Made by a program: the position numbers and the translations under genes. A stretch of DNA of 60,565 nt, counting the filler, from Nemertoderma westbladi (taxonomy: Eukaryota > Animalia > Xenacoelomorpha), in the NCBI GenBank assembly GCA_032718475.1. It is 2 parts of 2 records of this genome, joined end to end, with 100 filler letters (N's around TTAATTAATTAA, not from the genome) between each part and the next. Parts side by side here need not be neighbours in the genome. Positions count along the whole stretch, not along the records: positions 31,332 to 60,565 come from JAUCBJ010006663.1; 1 more part is not named here. One strand, written 5' to 3'. The notes under the pieces were generated by a model. The model was not told where the DNA came from, ran no database searches, and saw only the letters and a list, made by a program, of their open reading frames with translations. Shown here in pieces: positions 58,971 through 60,565 of the stretch (its first letter is position 1; each line of letters starts with the position of its first letter).

Positions 58971-60565
58971 GATATTTGGAGGGGGGTGGGGGGGGGGGGG
59001 GGGGGGTACGTTTCTGAGATTTGTGTATAGTGCCGGTGTATAGGATGGGATTGTTTTTTTTATTAAGGTACATAACTTTTGAGTTTAGTAATTGGGGTGT
59101 AGTAGTTCCCCTGAGTTTTTCTATATATTGTTTGCTCGTTAAAAAAAATTAAGAAATGACTAGCAATTGTTGATTCTATTTACAAAAAATTTAGTTTTGG
59201 TGTAATTATTGATTACTATTATAGCACGCTAATGTACAGCAGCCTGACTCAAATGGGTATTAGAGCACCAAGCAACCAAATGTAAGTCAAAGGTTGCAGT
59301 TATATAATATAGAGACAGGCTAGAGAGTGAGAGTGAAAAGTTAATAACTGGTTATCGAACAGTTAATTAATTAATTAGCCTATCAAAGGTGGTCTGAGTT
59401 TATTATATCCCAAAGTTAGGTGAGGCGAGTCATTTGGACAACTTAAATAACCGACTTACGTAATTCTCTGAGTTGGTTGTTTGTGTTTGGCAGCTAGGTA
59501 CGTACACTAGCTTGTCCAGATATAGGGAGGGGGGGGGGCTTTCGACGCAATAAAAATTCACCCCTCTCCAGGGGAAATTCAGGCGCGAATAACAGCTGAT
59601 TACACTCAAAAATTCAACTGTATCCTGTTCTATTGTGACTTTAGTTTATTGTTTTGGTTAGAATAACGTGCCACTGTAACCTGCTCCTTTCCCTAAATTG
59701 AGAATTTAACATTGAGGCGGGATATTAATTCGCCGAGATGGATTTGCGTCCAGTTCCCACCACCCCCTCTCTCAGCTTGCCACATTAGAAATAAAATAAT
59801 TATACCAAAACTAAATTTTTTATTTGTAAATTTTACGATTTTTTTTATTTCAAAACCAGCAACAATATATTTCTCCTCTCCCTTTCTAATGTTTAACAGT
59901 CCCACCTTTATTTGTAAATTGTAAACTTCAACGATCTTTTATTTCGGAATCAACAATTATTAGACTTTTATTGATTTTGAGCAAACAATATGTATCTTAA
60001 GGCTCCTCTTTGAAGATTTTTAACAGTTGAACGTGAACAGTAGACCCTTGAGTTTCTCCATAGACCCTCACTATAGACCTGAAATTTTAACTTGTCTAGA
60101 AAGACAGAAAGCTAAAAACTATTTTCCTGCAAATTGGTTATTATTTCTTGACCATAATATTCCTGTGTTTCCTCAAGTATACAAACTCATCTCATCAGTC
60201 ATGCAATTAACCCATGAAATCGACCCCCCCCCCCCCCCCCCCATGGTATGTTTGTTCTATTCGGTAACGTTTGTTAACATTGCGTGTCGTCTACGGAATT
60301 ATAATGATTTGCCAATATTTGCCTCTTCTTCGATCTGGTCATTAAAATAATAATCTTCGCATCGGGATAGGTTCGCGCAGCACGTGACAGTGTTGGTCAG
60401 TCTGAAAGATCGGAATAAATATATATAACATAAAAAATGTGTAGTTGTTTCATATTTTGGTTAATTGCTATGCTATATATTGCCCTTTGGTAACCTCTCA
60501 TCAGGTAGTTTACTTAATTAATTGTTTAGTCTCATCAATTAGAAGGTTTTGTAGATACGTGTGAC

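Overview
This is AT-rich, repeat-dense metazoan (invertebrate-type) nuclear DNA with one 100-nt scaffold gap. Host genes: an intronless 723-aa PDZ/synaptopodin-2-like ORF (22096-24267) and the first two coding exons of an arrestin gene (53055-53153, 54579-54639) that the ORF track misses. Most of the rest is transposon-derived: a young Gypsy element with identical LTRs and a TSD, a decayed BEL/Pao, a piggyBac deletion derivative, RTE/CR1/L2 fragments, a tRNA-derived SINE and several TIR elements, some nested inside one split CR1. The most unusual part is 1-15.8 kb. It starts with the C-terminus of a left-truncated ORF ending in an SLX1-like GIY-YIG nuclease domain. An ~11.5-kb non-coding mosaic array follows, with modules joined at seven copies of a conserved multi-hairpin motif (GTGCCCCCACTCGGCTWTAGAGAGT...) showing compensatory changes and c-GNA-g mini-hairpins. 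My best inference is the right end of a giant rolling-circle (Helitron-like) element with arrayed termini. A structured-RNA array is the alternative. All alignments and folds were done by eye.
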